Shown here in pieces: positions 15,031 through 27,634 of a stretch of 64,000 nt of DNA. The position numbers were made by a program, and so were the translations under genes. The stretch is from Eledone cirrhosa. Lineage: Eukaryota. The stretch is from assembly GCA_964016885.1 (NCBI GenBank), contig OZ024765.1, positions 21,700,001 through 21,764,000 of the forward strand. The letters run 5' to 3'. Numbering within the stretch: the first letter of the stretch is position 1; every line of letters begins with the position of its first letter. The notes under the pieces are model-generated. The model searched no databases, was not told the DNA's origin, and worked only from the letters and a program-made list of their open reading frames with translations.

Positions 15031-16093
15031 TGTATCATGTGCTACAGACGACGCAAGAGCAATGGTCAGCCAACATAAGGGTTTCGTCACTCTTCTGAAG
15101 AGAGAAAATCTATCTGTATTTGTTGTTCATTGTGTCATTCATCGACAACACTTGGCTGTGAAGAAACTCAGCAAGCCACTGAGCAAGTCCTTGTAGATGG
15201 CCATTGATGTCATCAATTTTATCAAACGGCATTCCCTCAATGAACGAATTTTCCGGCAACTGTGCCAAGATAATGACGAAGAATTCGTCAAGTTGCTCCT
15301 TCATAATGAAGTGAGGTGGCTTTCAAAAGGCAAGTGCCTTACTCACTTCTTTGAACTGTTCAACTCTATCATTGAGTTTCTGCGAGGACGCAACACAGAA
15401 CTGTACAAGAAAACCCTCGATGTGAGGCAAAACTGCGCCTACCTCACCGACATCTTCGACAAATGCAATAGCCTCATTATGGCTTTGCAGAGGAAGAAGA
15501 TCACCTTGTTTAAAGCAAGGAATGCTGTGAAAACATTCCTGGCCAAATTGAATGTGATCAAAAGGAATCTTTGTTGACGGGGATTCTATAATTTTCCTAG
15601 TGTCGCCAATGTTCAAAACATTGTAAGCGATGACCAACTCCAAATTTATACAGCTCACCTCCGTGCGCTACAAGACAACATGAGAGAACAGTTTGTCGAC
15701 CTTTTGCCGATGGACATCCCAATGTGGGTAGCAGATCCCTTCATAGCTAACATCGATGATTTGGACGTTATATTTCAGGAAGAATTAATTGAACTTCAAG
15801 CAGATGACATGATCAAAATTAGATTTCCCAAAATAGGTGAACCCCTTTTTTGGATGCAAGAGGAAATTCAGCGTTGATTTCCACTCCTACATGCAGAGGC
15901 TAAGAGATTTGCTCTGCCTTTTCCAAGCTCATACTTAGTCAAGAGGAGGTTTGGTGCTGTTTCCAGACTGCACAGTAAGACTCGCAACCGCTACAATGTA
16001 ATTACATGTGGATATCTCCGGCTACATCTTAGGAAAATCCAGCCTGACGTCAAAGAGTTAGCTAGACTCCATAAAGTTGAAGGGTCCCATTGA
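15030..16093 (+). pseudogene. hAT transposase C-terminal half (ZBED8/SCAND3/Buster-like), inactivated by stop codons
   Basis: ATDDARAM (TDGA.AM-like), HCVIHRQHLA (CxxH), LLHNEVRWLSKG, AYLTDIF, LPFPSSYL...SKTRNR dimerisation region; in-frame stops near 15194, 15575 and 15875. Confidence 0.9.
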
Positions 16094-17119
16094 AATGAGG
16101 TCAAAGTTAAAGTAAGTTGATTTATCCGAAAACTTGGATATGCTATTGTTACAAAGCAAACTAACAATTTTTTTTTATTTGTAGTTGCAGTCTGACTTGA
16201 CTGGAAACCATCTACTACAATTCAATTACTCATTTGTTGTATATATTTTACCATTTACTAATAAATATACCCTCCCGCGTGGTCATTTTACCATTTACTA
16301 ATAAATATACCCTGCCGCGTGGTCATGAAAACCCTCTTCCATGGTCTCTAAGCTCACAAAGCAGAGGGGACATCAAGTTAGATATCAACATTTATTCTGT
16401 CTGTTTCATTAAAGGGAAAATTGGAAACCTTTGAAATGATATAATTGCTACTTTCTTCCAGATAAGAGCACTTTGGATAGACAGAGTTGCTCTTGTATAA
16501 AATAGCTGGTATCGTCTGGTGGGAATATAACAAATTCAACTGGTCCTTATTCATAAAAAAGAACATTTATGTTCCCATTTTTGAAATTTATATATTTCCT
16601 TTCAAGGAATGTATTTATACTCTCAGCTGCCTGCAATGGTATCTTTGGAATATCGTTAATCAATTTTTTAGTAATCTACAGATATCAAAATCAGTAATAT
16701 ATTGAAAAATGGAAAAATAGGGTAGGGGGGCGTTTCGTGATTTCGAGGGACAAAATGGGTTGAGAACCTTTGGGCTAGAACAAAGTATGGAACGTTTCAA
16801 AATTAGACACACAGACATATATGAATGAGGTAAGACTAAATATATATATAGTATACCTTTGGGTGAGAGGCCGGAGAATCTCTGGGGTGGAGCTAAAATA
16901 AGTAAGTTCCATGAAATATAGAAAGTACAGCCACAGACGACAAATAAAATTTTACCCCGCCATAACGAAAAGACCGGTGTAAGGTTAATTATATCACCGG
17001 TGACATAATTAATTAGACACCGGTGGTGTAATTAATCCCCCACGAGGGTAATTTGATGTTCAGATTAATGGGGGGGGGGAATAAAATTGTTTCATTTATT
17101 TGCTTATATTAGACAACAA

Positions 17120-17645
17120 ATATATATGTGTATATGAACACACACACACACATATACATACACACACATACACATATATACATACACACACATATACATA
17201 CACATATATACATACACACACACATACATACACACACACACAGATGCACACACACACACACATACATATACACATGCACACATACACACACGTACGCATA
17301 TATTCATACACATACACAAATACGTACATACATATAAACAAACGCACACACATACACAAACACAAATACACCCATACAAACACACACACAAATACATAAT
17401 ACACATACATACAAACACACACATAGAGACACACACACATACTCACAAACACATGCACACATACACACACAAACATGCAAATGCATACATGCACACACAC
17501 ATACATACACACACACATATACGCACACGAACACATACATATACACACACGTACACATACATACATACATACACACACAAATACATACATACACACGTGA
17601 ACACATACACACACAAAAACATACACACACACACATATACACACA
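17120..17645. repeat. Degenerate (CA)n/(CATA)n microsatellite
   Basis: Direct inspection. Confidence 0.95.
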
Positions 17646-18655
17646 TTCGGTTGGTTGGTTGGTTCCACAACCAGATGGTTGTTTATATATTGTCAAAGTT
17701 CTTTCGTCACACATTCTGTGACCTCTTCAGTGACTGGGGATTCTTTTCTTTGTTTTTGTGCCTCTCCTTTGTTCTGTCCTCTGCCATCTTTTTTCTGTGT
17801 GTGTGTTGTGTGCTCAGTCTGCGCATGTGTTACATCCGGGTGTCTGTGTGTTTATATTTGTTTATTTATTTGTTTATTTACATGTTACAGGTTGGTTGTT
17901 TGTTCTATGTGCGTGTGTGTTTTCATTTTGTCCTTAATTGTAAGTTGTGATGTTGCTGTTCCACTCATGTTTTCTATTTAATTTTGGTTATAATTCTTTT
18001 ATGTTTATTGCCTCTGTGATTTGTCTAAACATTGCGTCTTTTCTGTGTGTAGATTCTATTTTTATTTCTATGTTCTCCAATTTACCCTTATGTTCTATTT
18101 TAGCATGTTGGTAGAGTACAGATGATTCTTTACTATATTGAAGGTCTCGCCAGTGTTCATTTATCCGGTCCCCTACACTACGAGCTGTCTCACCTATGTA
18201 CACTATATTTTTATCTCTACATTGTCCTTCAGTACATCTTATGCTATATACTACATTTCTAGTTTTACAGTTAATATGGGGGCTTAATTTAGAGGTTATA
18301 CATTTCTTATCTATACAGGGGGGTCTTTGAAAAGGGTATGTCTTGCTAATAAGTGTTTTTATGGAGGTACCTGGTCTTTCTACTATCTTAATATTGAGTT
18401 TATGCTTATCTAGGGCCCTTCTAAATTTGTAAGCTAATTCACCTCTAGGGGTTGTATCGATGAATATTACACTCTGGTATTTATTGCTATCATACCATGA
18501 GTTTATTCTATTAGCCTTATTCCTAGTTCTTTCTATTCTATTCCAAAATTTGCTCCTATACAAAGGGCAGGTCCCATTTGTGTCATTATTTACCATTTTT
18601 TCCCATTTGGTTCTGGCTCCTCTATACACTCTGATTGTAACCAGAGAACTGCATA
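17645..18655 (-). mobile_element. Penelope-like element subfamily A, 5'-truncated, with GIY-YIG endonuclease ORF 17988-18629
   Basis: NVVYSIRC...VYIGETAR...EHW...RQITEAINI; a paralog of the subfamily B ORF. Confidence 0.9.
17692..17734 (-). ncRNA. Penelope-associated minimal hammerhead motif (subfamily A)
   Basis: Identical to 1154-1196. Confidence 0.65.
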
Positions 18656-18767
18656 CGGCAAATTCTAGTTGTTCTTTTGTTATTCTAATAAACTTTCTTT
18701 ACTTAGCATTTGTCTTTTATTTTGACTAAAAGAAGCCATAACATTAGAAACCTCGAGCATTAGGTAA

Positions 18768-19085
18768 CTGGCCTTGCAATCAAAAGGTTGTGAGTTCAAT
18801 TCTCAGACCGGGTGATGTGTTGTTTCCTTGAGCAAGACACTTATTTCACATTGCTCCAGTTGCCTCAGCTGTAGAAATGAGATGATAGGGACTGGGGTCC
18901 CTATCATTCCACTGTAGAGTGGTCGTGGAGGTGCCACGCCAAAAAAGCACCCAGCACTCACTGTAAATGAGGTTGGTGTTAGGAAGGGCATCCAGCTGTA
19001 GAAATCAAGCCAGAATCAGTTCCCGTCCCACGCTTGCAAGCAGGGAAGAAGCGAACGTAAAATGAAATGATGATGAAATGATGAT
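18768..19085 (+). mobile_element. SINE family 1, 5'-truncated
   Basis: Near-identical to 23718-24060. Confidence 0.85.
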
Positions 19086-19269
19086 ATATATCAAGTAAGA
19101 ATATTTTCGAAACAGCGAGTGGGTTTGAAATTATTAGAAATGCTTACATTTCTAATAATATATATATATATATATTAAGGTATATAAATATTGAGTTTTG
19201 TCATAACTAATTCACTGCCATGACTGAATTGTAACCATCAACATAGTCAAGGTATGTCAAGCATCAACT

Positions 19270-19335
19270 TATTTTATCTGATGAGGGCGTACTGTTGAAA
19301 TAGCTCAGTACCTCTGAAATATGTATAATAAAATA
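19270..19335 (+). ncRNA. Type I hammerhead ribozyme motif (same family as 2841-2901)
   Basis: tattttat-CTGATGA-gggc gtactg...cagtac ctct-GAAA-TATGTA-TA-ataaaata. Confidence 0.65.
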
Positions 19336-19377
19336 TATTTGATCACATGAAAGTCTATATTTATTAATATCTTGAAG

Positions 19378-19430
<53 letters not shown>

Positions 19431-19464
19431 TACATACATATACACACACACATACATACATATA

Positions 19465-19650
19465 TGGTGAACTATGCAGAACAACTGCTGTCGCGTATGG
19501 GACAAATCCAGTTGACTGCCGAGTCCATAGTAAGGATCAAGCTGCCAGCCTCTTTCAAAAACGAAAAAGAGGCGGTTTTCCTCTGTACAGTGGCTATGGT
19601 GAAAGAAGTTATATGGTGGACGAGGTTGAGAGGACTGAGGACAGATGACT
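19465..19650 (+). mobile_element. L1/Tx1-like LINE ORF2 C-terminal fragment
   Basis: EQLLSRMGQIQLTAESIV..EAVFLC..KEVIWWTRL matches ORF 30640-31443; followed by 14-bp actgaggacagatg stutters. Confidence 0.85.
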
Positions 19651-19719
19651 GAGGACAGATGACAGATGACTGAGGACAGATGACTGAGGACAGATGACAG
19701 AGGACAGATGACTGAGGAC

Positions 19720-21167
19720 AGGATGGAGAGAGAGGTGCTGTACCCCAGTATATGTCTATCTATCTATCTATCAAATACCACTTTGGAAGAAGAGTCAGGA
19801 TGGAGAGAGAGGTGCTGTACCCCAGTATATGTCTATCTATCTATCTATCAAATACCACTTTGGAAGAAGAATCAGGATGGAGAGAGAGGTGCTGTACCCC
19901 AGTATATGTCTATCTATCTATCTATCAAATACCACTTTGGAAGAAGAGTCAGGATGGAGAGAGAGGTGCTGTACCCCAGTATATGTCTACCTATCTATCT
20001 ATCAAATACCACTTTGGAAGAAGAGTCAGGATGGAGAGAGAGGTGCTGTACCCCAGTATATGTCTACCTATCTATCTCTCAAATACCACTTTGGAAGAAG
20101 AATCAGGATGGAGAGAGAGGTGCTGTACCCCAGTATATGTCTACCTATCTATCTATCAAATACCACTTTGGAAGAAGAGTCAGGATGGAGAGAGAGGTGC
20201 TGTACCCCAGTATATGTCTATCTATCTATCTATCAAATACCACTTTGGAAGAAGAGTCAGGATGGAGAGAAAGGTGCTGTACCCCAGTATATGTCTACCT
20301 ATCTATCTATCAAATACCACTTTGGAAGAAGAATCAGGATGGAGAGAGAGGTGCTGTACCCCAGTATATGTCTATCTATCTATCTATCAAATACCACTTT
20401 GGAAGAAGAGTCAGGATGGAGAGAGAGGTGCTGTACCCCAGTATATGTCTATCTATCTATCTATCAAATACCACTTTGGAAGAAGAGTCAGGATGGAGAG
20501 AGAGGTGCTGTACCCCAGTATATGTCTACCTACCTATCTATCTATCAAATACCACTTTGGAAGAAGAATCAGGATGGAGAGAGAGGTGCTGTACCCCAGT
20601 ATATGTCTATCTATCTATCTATCAAATACCACTTTGGAAGAAGAGTCAGGATGGAGAGAGAGGTGCTGTACCCCAGTATATGTCTACCTATCTATCTATC
20701 AAATACCACTTTGGAAGAAGAGTCAGGATGGAGAGAGAGGTGCTGTACCCCAGTATATGTCTACCTATCTATCTATCAAATACCAGTTTGGAAGAAGAGT
20801 CAGGATGGAGAGAGAGGTGCTGTACCCCAGTATATGTCTATCTATCTATCTATCAAATACCACTTTGGAAGAAGAGTCAGGATGGAGAGAGAGGTGCTGT
20901 ACCCCAGTATATGTCTATCTATCTATCTATCAAATACCAGTTTGGAAGAAGAGTCAGGATGGAGAGAGAGGTGCTGTACCCCAGTATAGTCTATCTATCT
21001 ATCTATCAAATACCAGTTTGGAAGAAGAGTCAGGATGGAGAGAGAGGTGCTGTACCCCAGTATATGTCTATCTATCTATCTATCAAATACCAGTTTGGAA
21101 GAAGAGTCAGGATGGAGAGAGAGGTGCTGTACCCCAGTATATGTCTACCTATCTATCTATCAAATAC
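19720..21167 (+). repeat. 77-bp satellite (~19 copies) derived from LINE ORF2 plus (TCTA)n
   Basis: Unit tcaaataccactttggaagaagagtcaggatggagagagaggtgctgtaccccagtatatgtctatctatctatcta; period 19771->19848. Confidence 0.95.
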
Positions 21168-21726
21168 GTTGACTGCCGAGTCCATAGTAAGGATCAAACC
21201 GCCAGACTCTTTCAAAAACGAAAGAGAGGCGGTTTTCCTCTGTACGGTGGCTATGGTGAAAGAGGTTATATGGTGGACGAAGTTGAGAGGACTGAGGACA
21301 GATGCCTTTCTCTCCGGACAACAATTGATTCCCTTCTTTAAGTATCACTTTAGAAGGAGAATCAGGGTGGAGAGAGAGGCACTGCACCCCAGTAAATTTA
21401 CTGAAAGGTGGGTGAATGAAGCGAAAATGTCCCGAGTGATTGGGCCTTCTCTGTTTATAAGCCTGTAGGTTGAGGAAGAGAGCAAAAGAAAGAAAGGAGC
21501 ACTTGCACAACACGCTCCTGGAGTTGAGGGTTGTTCTATCGACGGGGTATTAAACAACCCATTTGTGGCGCCTCCCCCCCATTGGGGATTTCGATTGTTG
21601 TAATTGTTTGTTTTTATATTTTTTACACGACTGTATGTAAAATCCCCGGCATGTCTTTGTATTGTCCCCTTTTCTTGTGCGCCCTTGTGGCTAATAAAGA
21701 AATATATCTATCTATCTATCTATCTA
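21168..21726 (+). mobile_element. L1/Tx1-like LINE 3' end with 3' UTR, AATAAA and (TCTA)n tail
   Basis: ORF end ...GPSLFISL* at 21468; ggctaataaagaaa at ~21689 followed by tctatctatc; homologous to 30428-30950. Confidence 0.88.
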
Positions 21727-21909
21727 GAAATATACCTATATGGTGAACTAACTGTTGTGTTACCTACCACTTCTAATATTTTATTTGGTTAAAAAACTTT
21801 CCCTGATTTCATCTAAAACTTTTTTTCACCCATTTTTGCGATTAGTCTTGAGAAATTTAAGGAACTGATGTCGCTGGGAGTCAACAGTTTTACCTGCACC
21901 GTTGCATCA

Positions 21910-22210
21910 TGGGAGATTGACTGGGTAGTTGATGTATATGTATATATATGTGTGTGTGTGTGTGACTGTTTATGTGTGTGCGTTTGTGTACTTGTGTGTG
22001 CGTTTGTGTACTTGTGTGTATTGTATTTGTGAGTGTGTGTTTGTGCTTACGTGTGTGTGTGCGTGTACTTGTGAGTATGCGTATTGTATTTGTGTGTGTG
22101 TGTGTTTGTGTCCGAATGCGTGTGTACGTGTGTGCGTGTATGTATTTGTGTGTGTATGTATGTATTTGTGTGTGTGTATACACATATATACACACACACA
22201 TATATATAGA
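21910..22210. repeat. Degenerate (TG)n microsatellite
   Basis: Direct inspection. Confidence 0.9.
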
Positions 22211-22375
22211 AAGCTTGAACCTAATAGCAACACTGTACTACACTCTTTGTTATTAAATATATATACATATATATATATATTTAATTAGAAAGTGAACAAC
22301 ACTTTCTAATTAAATAGCTCTGTTCTATACATAGAGCACTCTTTTCCTTCGGAATTACCTAACACACACATCTAT

Positions 22376-22670
22376 CTAAGGCGGGTAAAATTCCCGAGAT
22401 CCATGGACGAGTTCTCTCCAGCGGTCTCTGTCCCTCATTATCGCTGCCATATCCTGCATCTCCAACAGACCAGTGTCTGTCCTTAGGGCATCAACATATG
22501 TTAACCTTGGTCTTCCTCTTCCAGTGTGTCCATGTAGGGGCTCCCAAAGGAGCACTGAGTGCAATGTCAACTCTGGATGTCGGTGAGCATGTCCAGCTAA
22601 CCTCAGTCTCCTCTGTGTCACTTTTGAGCTGACTTTTGGGATGCTCCCATACAGCTCTGAGTTTTTCATC
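22376..22670 (-). mobile_element. RTE/RTE-X-like LINE ORF 3' end fragment
   Basis: ELYG..RRLRLAGH..R..LLWEP..GRGRPRLTYVD..DRDRWR is a typical RTE-clade C-terminus. Confidence 0.8.
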
Positions 22671-22786
22671 CTCAGTGTATACTGATTAATGTTATATATA
22701 TATATATAGGATTAATGTTATATATATATAGGATTAATGTTATATATATATAGGATTAATGTTATATATATATAGGAAAATGTATG

Positions 22787-22883
22787 ACCCCGACGGCAGA
22801 GCTCAATCCGTTTCGACGGCTATTTCTGGACTAAAATACAAATTTTTAGCGTGGTAAACAAATAGCCGAACTTTTCAAGGGGT
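22787..22883 (-). ncRNA. Degenerate type I hammerhead with a full stem III and GUC triplet
   Basis: rc: acccc-TTGAAAA(mutated core)-gttcggctattt...aaatagccgtc-GAAACGG attgagctctg CCGTC-ggggt; the 3' half recurs at 63010-63057. Confidence 0.45.
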
Positions 22884-23316
22884 AATTCCTTATATGGGAA
22901 GATTGTAGTTGGCAAGAGGATTGGTCCACTTTTCTTGTGAACACAATTAAGTCTATCATGGCAGTGGGTGGGAGGTGGGGGTGGCCGAACTTGCCTGTAG
23001 AACAATGAGGGAGTGGGTGGAGCCGGTCAAGCGTTGAAAGTGAATTCTATATGGCAAATTCTAAGGGTTGTGTATGAAACTTGGCCAGAGGAAGCAGGGG
23101 AAAAAGGATTCTGGAGAAAATAGAGAAGGGACGTTATAGAATAGGTAAATCAATTGAGATTTATCTAATAATATATTTTTCCTCTCTTGAATTTTCAAAC
23201 TTTTCACACATCTATTGACGTAGATAGTATCTAAATACATATATAATTGAAGTTCTCATCCTTGAAAACATGTAATATAAAATACCTTATAATCTCACAC
23301 AAAATAATATATAATA

Positions 23317-23500
23317 GTTTCTACTTTAGGCACAAGGCCAGCAATTACCCAGTACATTACTGGTACTTTATTTTATCGACCCCGTAAGGATGAAAGGCAA
23401 AGTTAACCTCGGCTGGATTTGAACTCGGACTGTAAAGGGACGTAACTATGCTAGAAAGCATGGGGTCCAACCCTCTACCGATACTGCCAAGTTACCGCAG
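23317..23500 (-). mobile_element. SINE family 2 (Deu/Nin-domain-like)
   Basis: rc contains gttcaaatcc B box and gcctttcatcc...ggggtcgataaaataaagtacca; copies at 35925-36135 and 59750-59945, partial at 24365-24520. Confidence 0.75.
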
Positions 23501-23717
23501 TTAAATAATACAAAATAATATATAATTTTCTCTACATACTTTCCGCATTTTCTAAGAAAATTATTCATCAAATCAAATATTAATAATATTGGAGGTATCT
23601 TTCGTTTACAATTGAGCAAACACGGACAAAATAACTTGTATGTTAAATTCTAAGTAACTTCGCTAACTTAATTGTTTCTACTTTAGGCACAAGGCCAGTA
23701 ATTACCCAGTGCATTAT

Positions 23718-24060
23718 GGAGGCACATGGCTTAGTGGTTAGAGCATTGGGCTTGCAATCGAAAGGTTGTGAGTTCAATTCTCAGACCGGGTGATGTGTTG
23801 TTTCCTTGAGCAAGACACTTTATTTCACATTGCTCCAGTTTACTCAGCTGTAGAAATGAGATGATAGGGACTGTGGTCCCTATCATTCCACTGTAAAGTG
23901 GACGTGGAGGTGCCACGGCAAAAAAGCACCCAGCACTCACTGTAAATGAGGTTGGTGTTAGGAAGGGCATCCAGCTGTAGAAATCAAGCCAGAATCAGTT
24001 CCCGTCCCACCCTTGCAAGCAGGGAAAAGTGGACGTAAAATGAAATGATGATGAAATGAT
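23718..24060 (+). mobile_element. SINE family 1, full length
   Basis: A box tggcttagtgg, B box gttcaattc, ccttgagcaagacactt core, tail ggacgtaaaatgaaatgatgatg. Confidence 0.88.
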
Positions 24061-24962
24061 TGAATCTACAAAAGGATCTCTTAAAATTTGAACGTCTTTT
24101 AAATATATATTTACAATGTAAAATCAACATCCTTCGTAACTCATATCAGAAATGTAAATAAATTAATACGTGTGGTTTATTTCTATAAAATCACCAATAA
24201 TACTTATACTTGCACAATTATTAATCTATATAGATAGTTATATACTTACAACCTGTTTTAACGTAATAAGATAAAATGTACTTACAACCATAATTCTTCA
24301 TATAATCTAATCGATTATATATATATAATATTATAACTCATGATTTAGCTAAATATTTTTTACGGAGGGATTTGAACTCAGACTTTAAAGGGACGTAACT
24401 TTGTGTATTATCCTATGTACTATATTGACGAGTTGTAGTGCACCTGAGCACTTTACACAATAATTTCATTATATTATACTAGAAAGCATGGCGTCCAACT
24501 CTCTACCGATACTGCCAATTCAAGAGAGAGAGATTGAGTGAGTGTGTGTTGTGTGGTGTGGGTGTGTGTATATATATATATATATATATATGGGATGTTT
24601 GTTTACAAACACACCGAGCATTATAATAAATGTTCGGTGAATCCATACGTACATATATTGGCTTTTGCCAATATAAGCTTGTCTTTATTGACTTATATCG
24701 AGACAGACAAATTGTATTCACTTTAATTAGTTTATTTCATGCTAGCTAACTTTGTCTCTTACAATACAAACACGTTTGTGTTCATCATATATATTAATAT
24801 ATAACTTGTACGTACATATATATATATGTGTGCATGTATGTATATATACATACATATATGTATACAGGCGTACAGTAGTATGTATGTATGTATGTGTACA
24901 TACTTATATTTAAGTAACAGCCGTAGTAAGAGTGGGAAATGAAATTTCGTTTCATTTTTTCC

Positions 24963-25008
<46 letters not shown>

Positions 25009-25115
25009 TAATAATTATTTAAATCTACCTAAAGATAACGATTTTTTTTCAGCCCTGCGCTTCAACTTATTTATTTATAACAGATTCGAAGCACTCGGCA
25101 AGTTTCCTGGAGTAT

Positions 25116-25189
25116 AATATCAATGATATTAATAAATGGAAACTATATTTATATGATTTTATAAATATAGTTTCCATTTATTAATATCA

Positions 25190-25230
<41 letters not shown>

Positions 25231-25366
25231 AAAGTTATATTTAAAATTGTTGGGTTACAACTAGTAAATATTTATAACTGATATAAAAGCACTCGACAAA
25301 TATTTGGAGTATATTTACAATATTAAATAAATGGAAACCATATTTATAAAAATGGTTTCCATTTAT

Positions 25367-25375
<9 letters not shown>
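25116..25375. repeat. Two fold-back hairpins (25116-25195 and 25318-25375) made of the sequence found just 3' of the 2841-type hammerhead
   Basis: taataaatggaaactatatttat/ataaatatagtttccatttatta arms; the same sequence occurs at 2915-2945 and 51786-51917. Confidence 0.8.
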
Positions 25376-25413
<38 letters not shown>

Positions 25414-25637
25414 GATTTGTAAATGTTTGTTTGCCTCATGTCAGAAGCCGCTAAAACTAGTAAACAAATCTACCTATTATCACATTTCCATTTTTCCTTG
25501 AAAAGATATTTTAATTCTCTCTCCACAATCCTAATCTACGGCCTTTAATACGTCTTTCTACCAAATTCTGACATAAAATATAAATCATTAAGAAAGTTAT
25601 GAGGAAACTAAATCAATGGTGTCAATTCCAGTTGATT

Positions 25638-25669
25638 CGCCGCCATTTTGGAGTCCAAGGGAAGTAAGT
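25638..25669 (+). promoter_or_regulatory. YY1-type motif followed by a consensus 5' splice site; candidate promoter/first exon
   Basis: CGCCGCCATTTTG at 25638-25650 and AA|GTAAGT at 25664, in apparently unique sequence. Confidence 0.45.
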
Positions 25670-25939
25670 CTTAAAACTAACCTTCAACGGGTTCAATACA
25701 TGTGCTAGAAATAACAGCTAAATAATTTTTATTTTGTAATGCAAAATTTGTCAAACCGGCAACAAAATCCATAACATTACATGGCAATATTAGCCAGAGA
25801 TATCAATAACATGAAAGGTTTATTAGCCAAAGGGGCAGAGATATTCATAATATTACATGACAGGTTTATTAACCAAAAGGTGCAGAGTTCTTGGACATAG
25901 TAGAACTAGTAACATATATTCCGAGGAGGACTAGATATA

Positions 25940-26125
25940 TAGCTGACAGCAAGCTCTGTCTTTATCCAGCTTAAACTTCCACAAAGTTAACTAGAAAAGA
26001 ATTCAGGAGGAGATCCTGAAACAAGACTGGACTGAGTTTCTCTATGGAAGATGTCAACATACAACTTGATCAATTCATGGAAATAATATATAATACAAAC
26101 CATATGCTCTAAGTTTGCCCTGGAA
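25940..26125 (+). mobile_element. Degenerate LINE ORF2 fragment (endonuclease-RT linker)
   Basis: SLNFHKVN*KRIQEEILKQDW...EDVNIQLDQFMEII resembles the NF.KANW..I...L...DW motif. Confidence 0.5.
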
Positions 26126-26208
26126 AAAGTAAACAGAAATAATAACACAATCGGTACAGTATATGGAAGGGATATATTAGGTTAAAGCTTGAAATAGCAG
26201 GAAGAAGG

Positions 26209-26244
26209 CCTTGACGTTTCGGACGCTAGTCCTTCATCAAAAGA
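26209..26244 (-). ncRNA. Minimal hammerhead motif with a C3->U substitution
   Basis: rc: tctt-TTGATGA-A-GGAC tagc GTCC-GAAACGTC-aagg; palindromic ACGT stem III, GUC triplet. Confidence 0.6.
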
Positions 26245-27570
26245 AAGAATGAGAAATAAGATAGATCGAGGGAACGGGTGGGATGGAATTGGAAAAAATG
26301 TCTTTAGATAAAAATAACAGGTCCATTCATGTTGCCATCTCTTTGATGGCCCTTCAACACCGGCAAGAAATAACAACCACAAGGTATTAATAGTTATGTA
26401 CAAATTTCAGTTTTATTTACAGAAGAGTAGAATTTATAAATACAGTTTTTTTTAGAAAATAATAATAATATTAATTTTATACATAGTATAAAAATTTGTT
26501 TTTACCAAGATACAAGAAAAAAAAAAAATTTATATACACGGTTGATTAAACCACAAAGGTATCGTGTCCCACCTTGCTGAGACAATGGCCAGGTGGCACT
26601 GGTGGCAGATAGTTCTTTTTATTTAATTGTCTGTCAGACCGTGGCCATGCTGGGGCACTGCCTTATTTTATATTATATCAATCTTCTTTTTGTTGAACAG
26701 GTAAGTTACAGGGAGATCAACACACACCTATATCCATATATAAATATATCCACATATATATATACTTACATACACACACACATATATCCATATATAAATA
26801 TATATACACATACACATACCTATATCCACATATATATATACTCACACACACACACCTATATCCATATATAAATATATATACACATACCTATATCCACATA
26901 TATATATATATACTTACATACACACACACACATATATCCATATATAAATATATATCCACATATATATATACTTACATACATACATACACACACACATATA
27001 TATATAATTAGTTTGATTAAAACAACAGGAGGCTGGACTTTAAAGGAACATCACCAATTTGGCTTTCTGTTTCTTTAATTAAATAAATATTTAACTCCGT
27101 TCCTGCCCCAGTCACGCTACACAACACCAAAGATGGAGGAGTTGCTGCATACGTAGAGTCTTTTACTCCCATTACATCATGATTAACTATACAGAATGAC
27201 CAGTTCTATCCAGTGGTGAACCTCCAAACCTAAATGTATATATATATGCATATATATATCTATATATATGATGATATGAGACAAAGGGTTGGGGAGACCC
27301 TCCAGTTGTGTTAAAGATATGAAAACCTCACTAGAGCTGGTGCCACAATAAGATGCACCCTATCCTGGAGGTGAGTGGGCCCCGCTTCAGTACTGACTTG
27401 GAAGACTTGGTCACCCTTGCAGCAGGGAAAGTGGATGTTAAATGATGATGATCAAGGCCTCCAAAAGAAATTCTGAAAGGCTGCAGTACAAGACCCCTTT
27501 GGTGGGACCCAAAGCAGGCAAAGATTTTTCTCAAAATGGATGTTACATAGGCCCTGATGATGGTACATAC

Positions 27571-27572
<2 letters not shown>

Positions 27573-27634
<62 letters not shown>

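Larger units (their letters stand above)
3627..16772 (+). mobile_element. hAT Buster/Charlie-type DNA transposon (13.1 kb including an internal satellite)
   Basis: Perfect 13-bp TIRs caaaggttctcaa (3627) / ttgagaacctttg (16760-16772); 8-bp TSD gtctagaa / ggctagaa (7/8); subterminal gggggcgttt repeats at both ends; transposase remnant inside. Confidence 0.9.

Noticed and set aside
16245-16324. 40-bp tandem duplication as the source of the 40-bp satellite
   Set aside because: Same length but no sequence similarity to the satellite unit
16960-17030. Three accggtg palindromic motifs
   Set aside because: No TIR partner, TSD or other context found to interpret them
19708-21468. 586-, 529- and 386-aa ORFs as a protein-coding gene
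   Set aside because: They arise from a stop-free 77-bp tandem unit plus LINE remnants
23718-23790. tRNA gene
   Set aside because: The tRNA-like head continues into a multi-copy SINE body and lacks a proper acceptor stem and terminator
27095-27235. Unique-looking segment with a GGVAAYV translation as an exon or endonuclease fragment
   Set aside because: Stops in all plus frames and too short to assign
27550-27570. CTGATGA as a hammerhead or C/D box
   Set aside because: No stem II or GAAA follows; it runs into (GA)n
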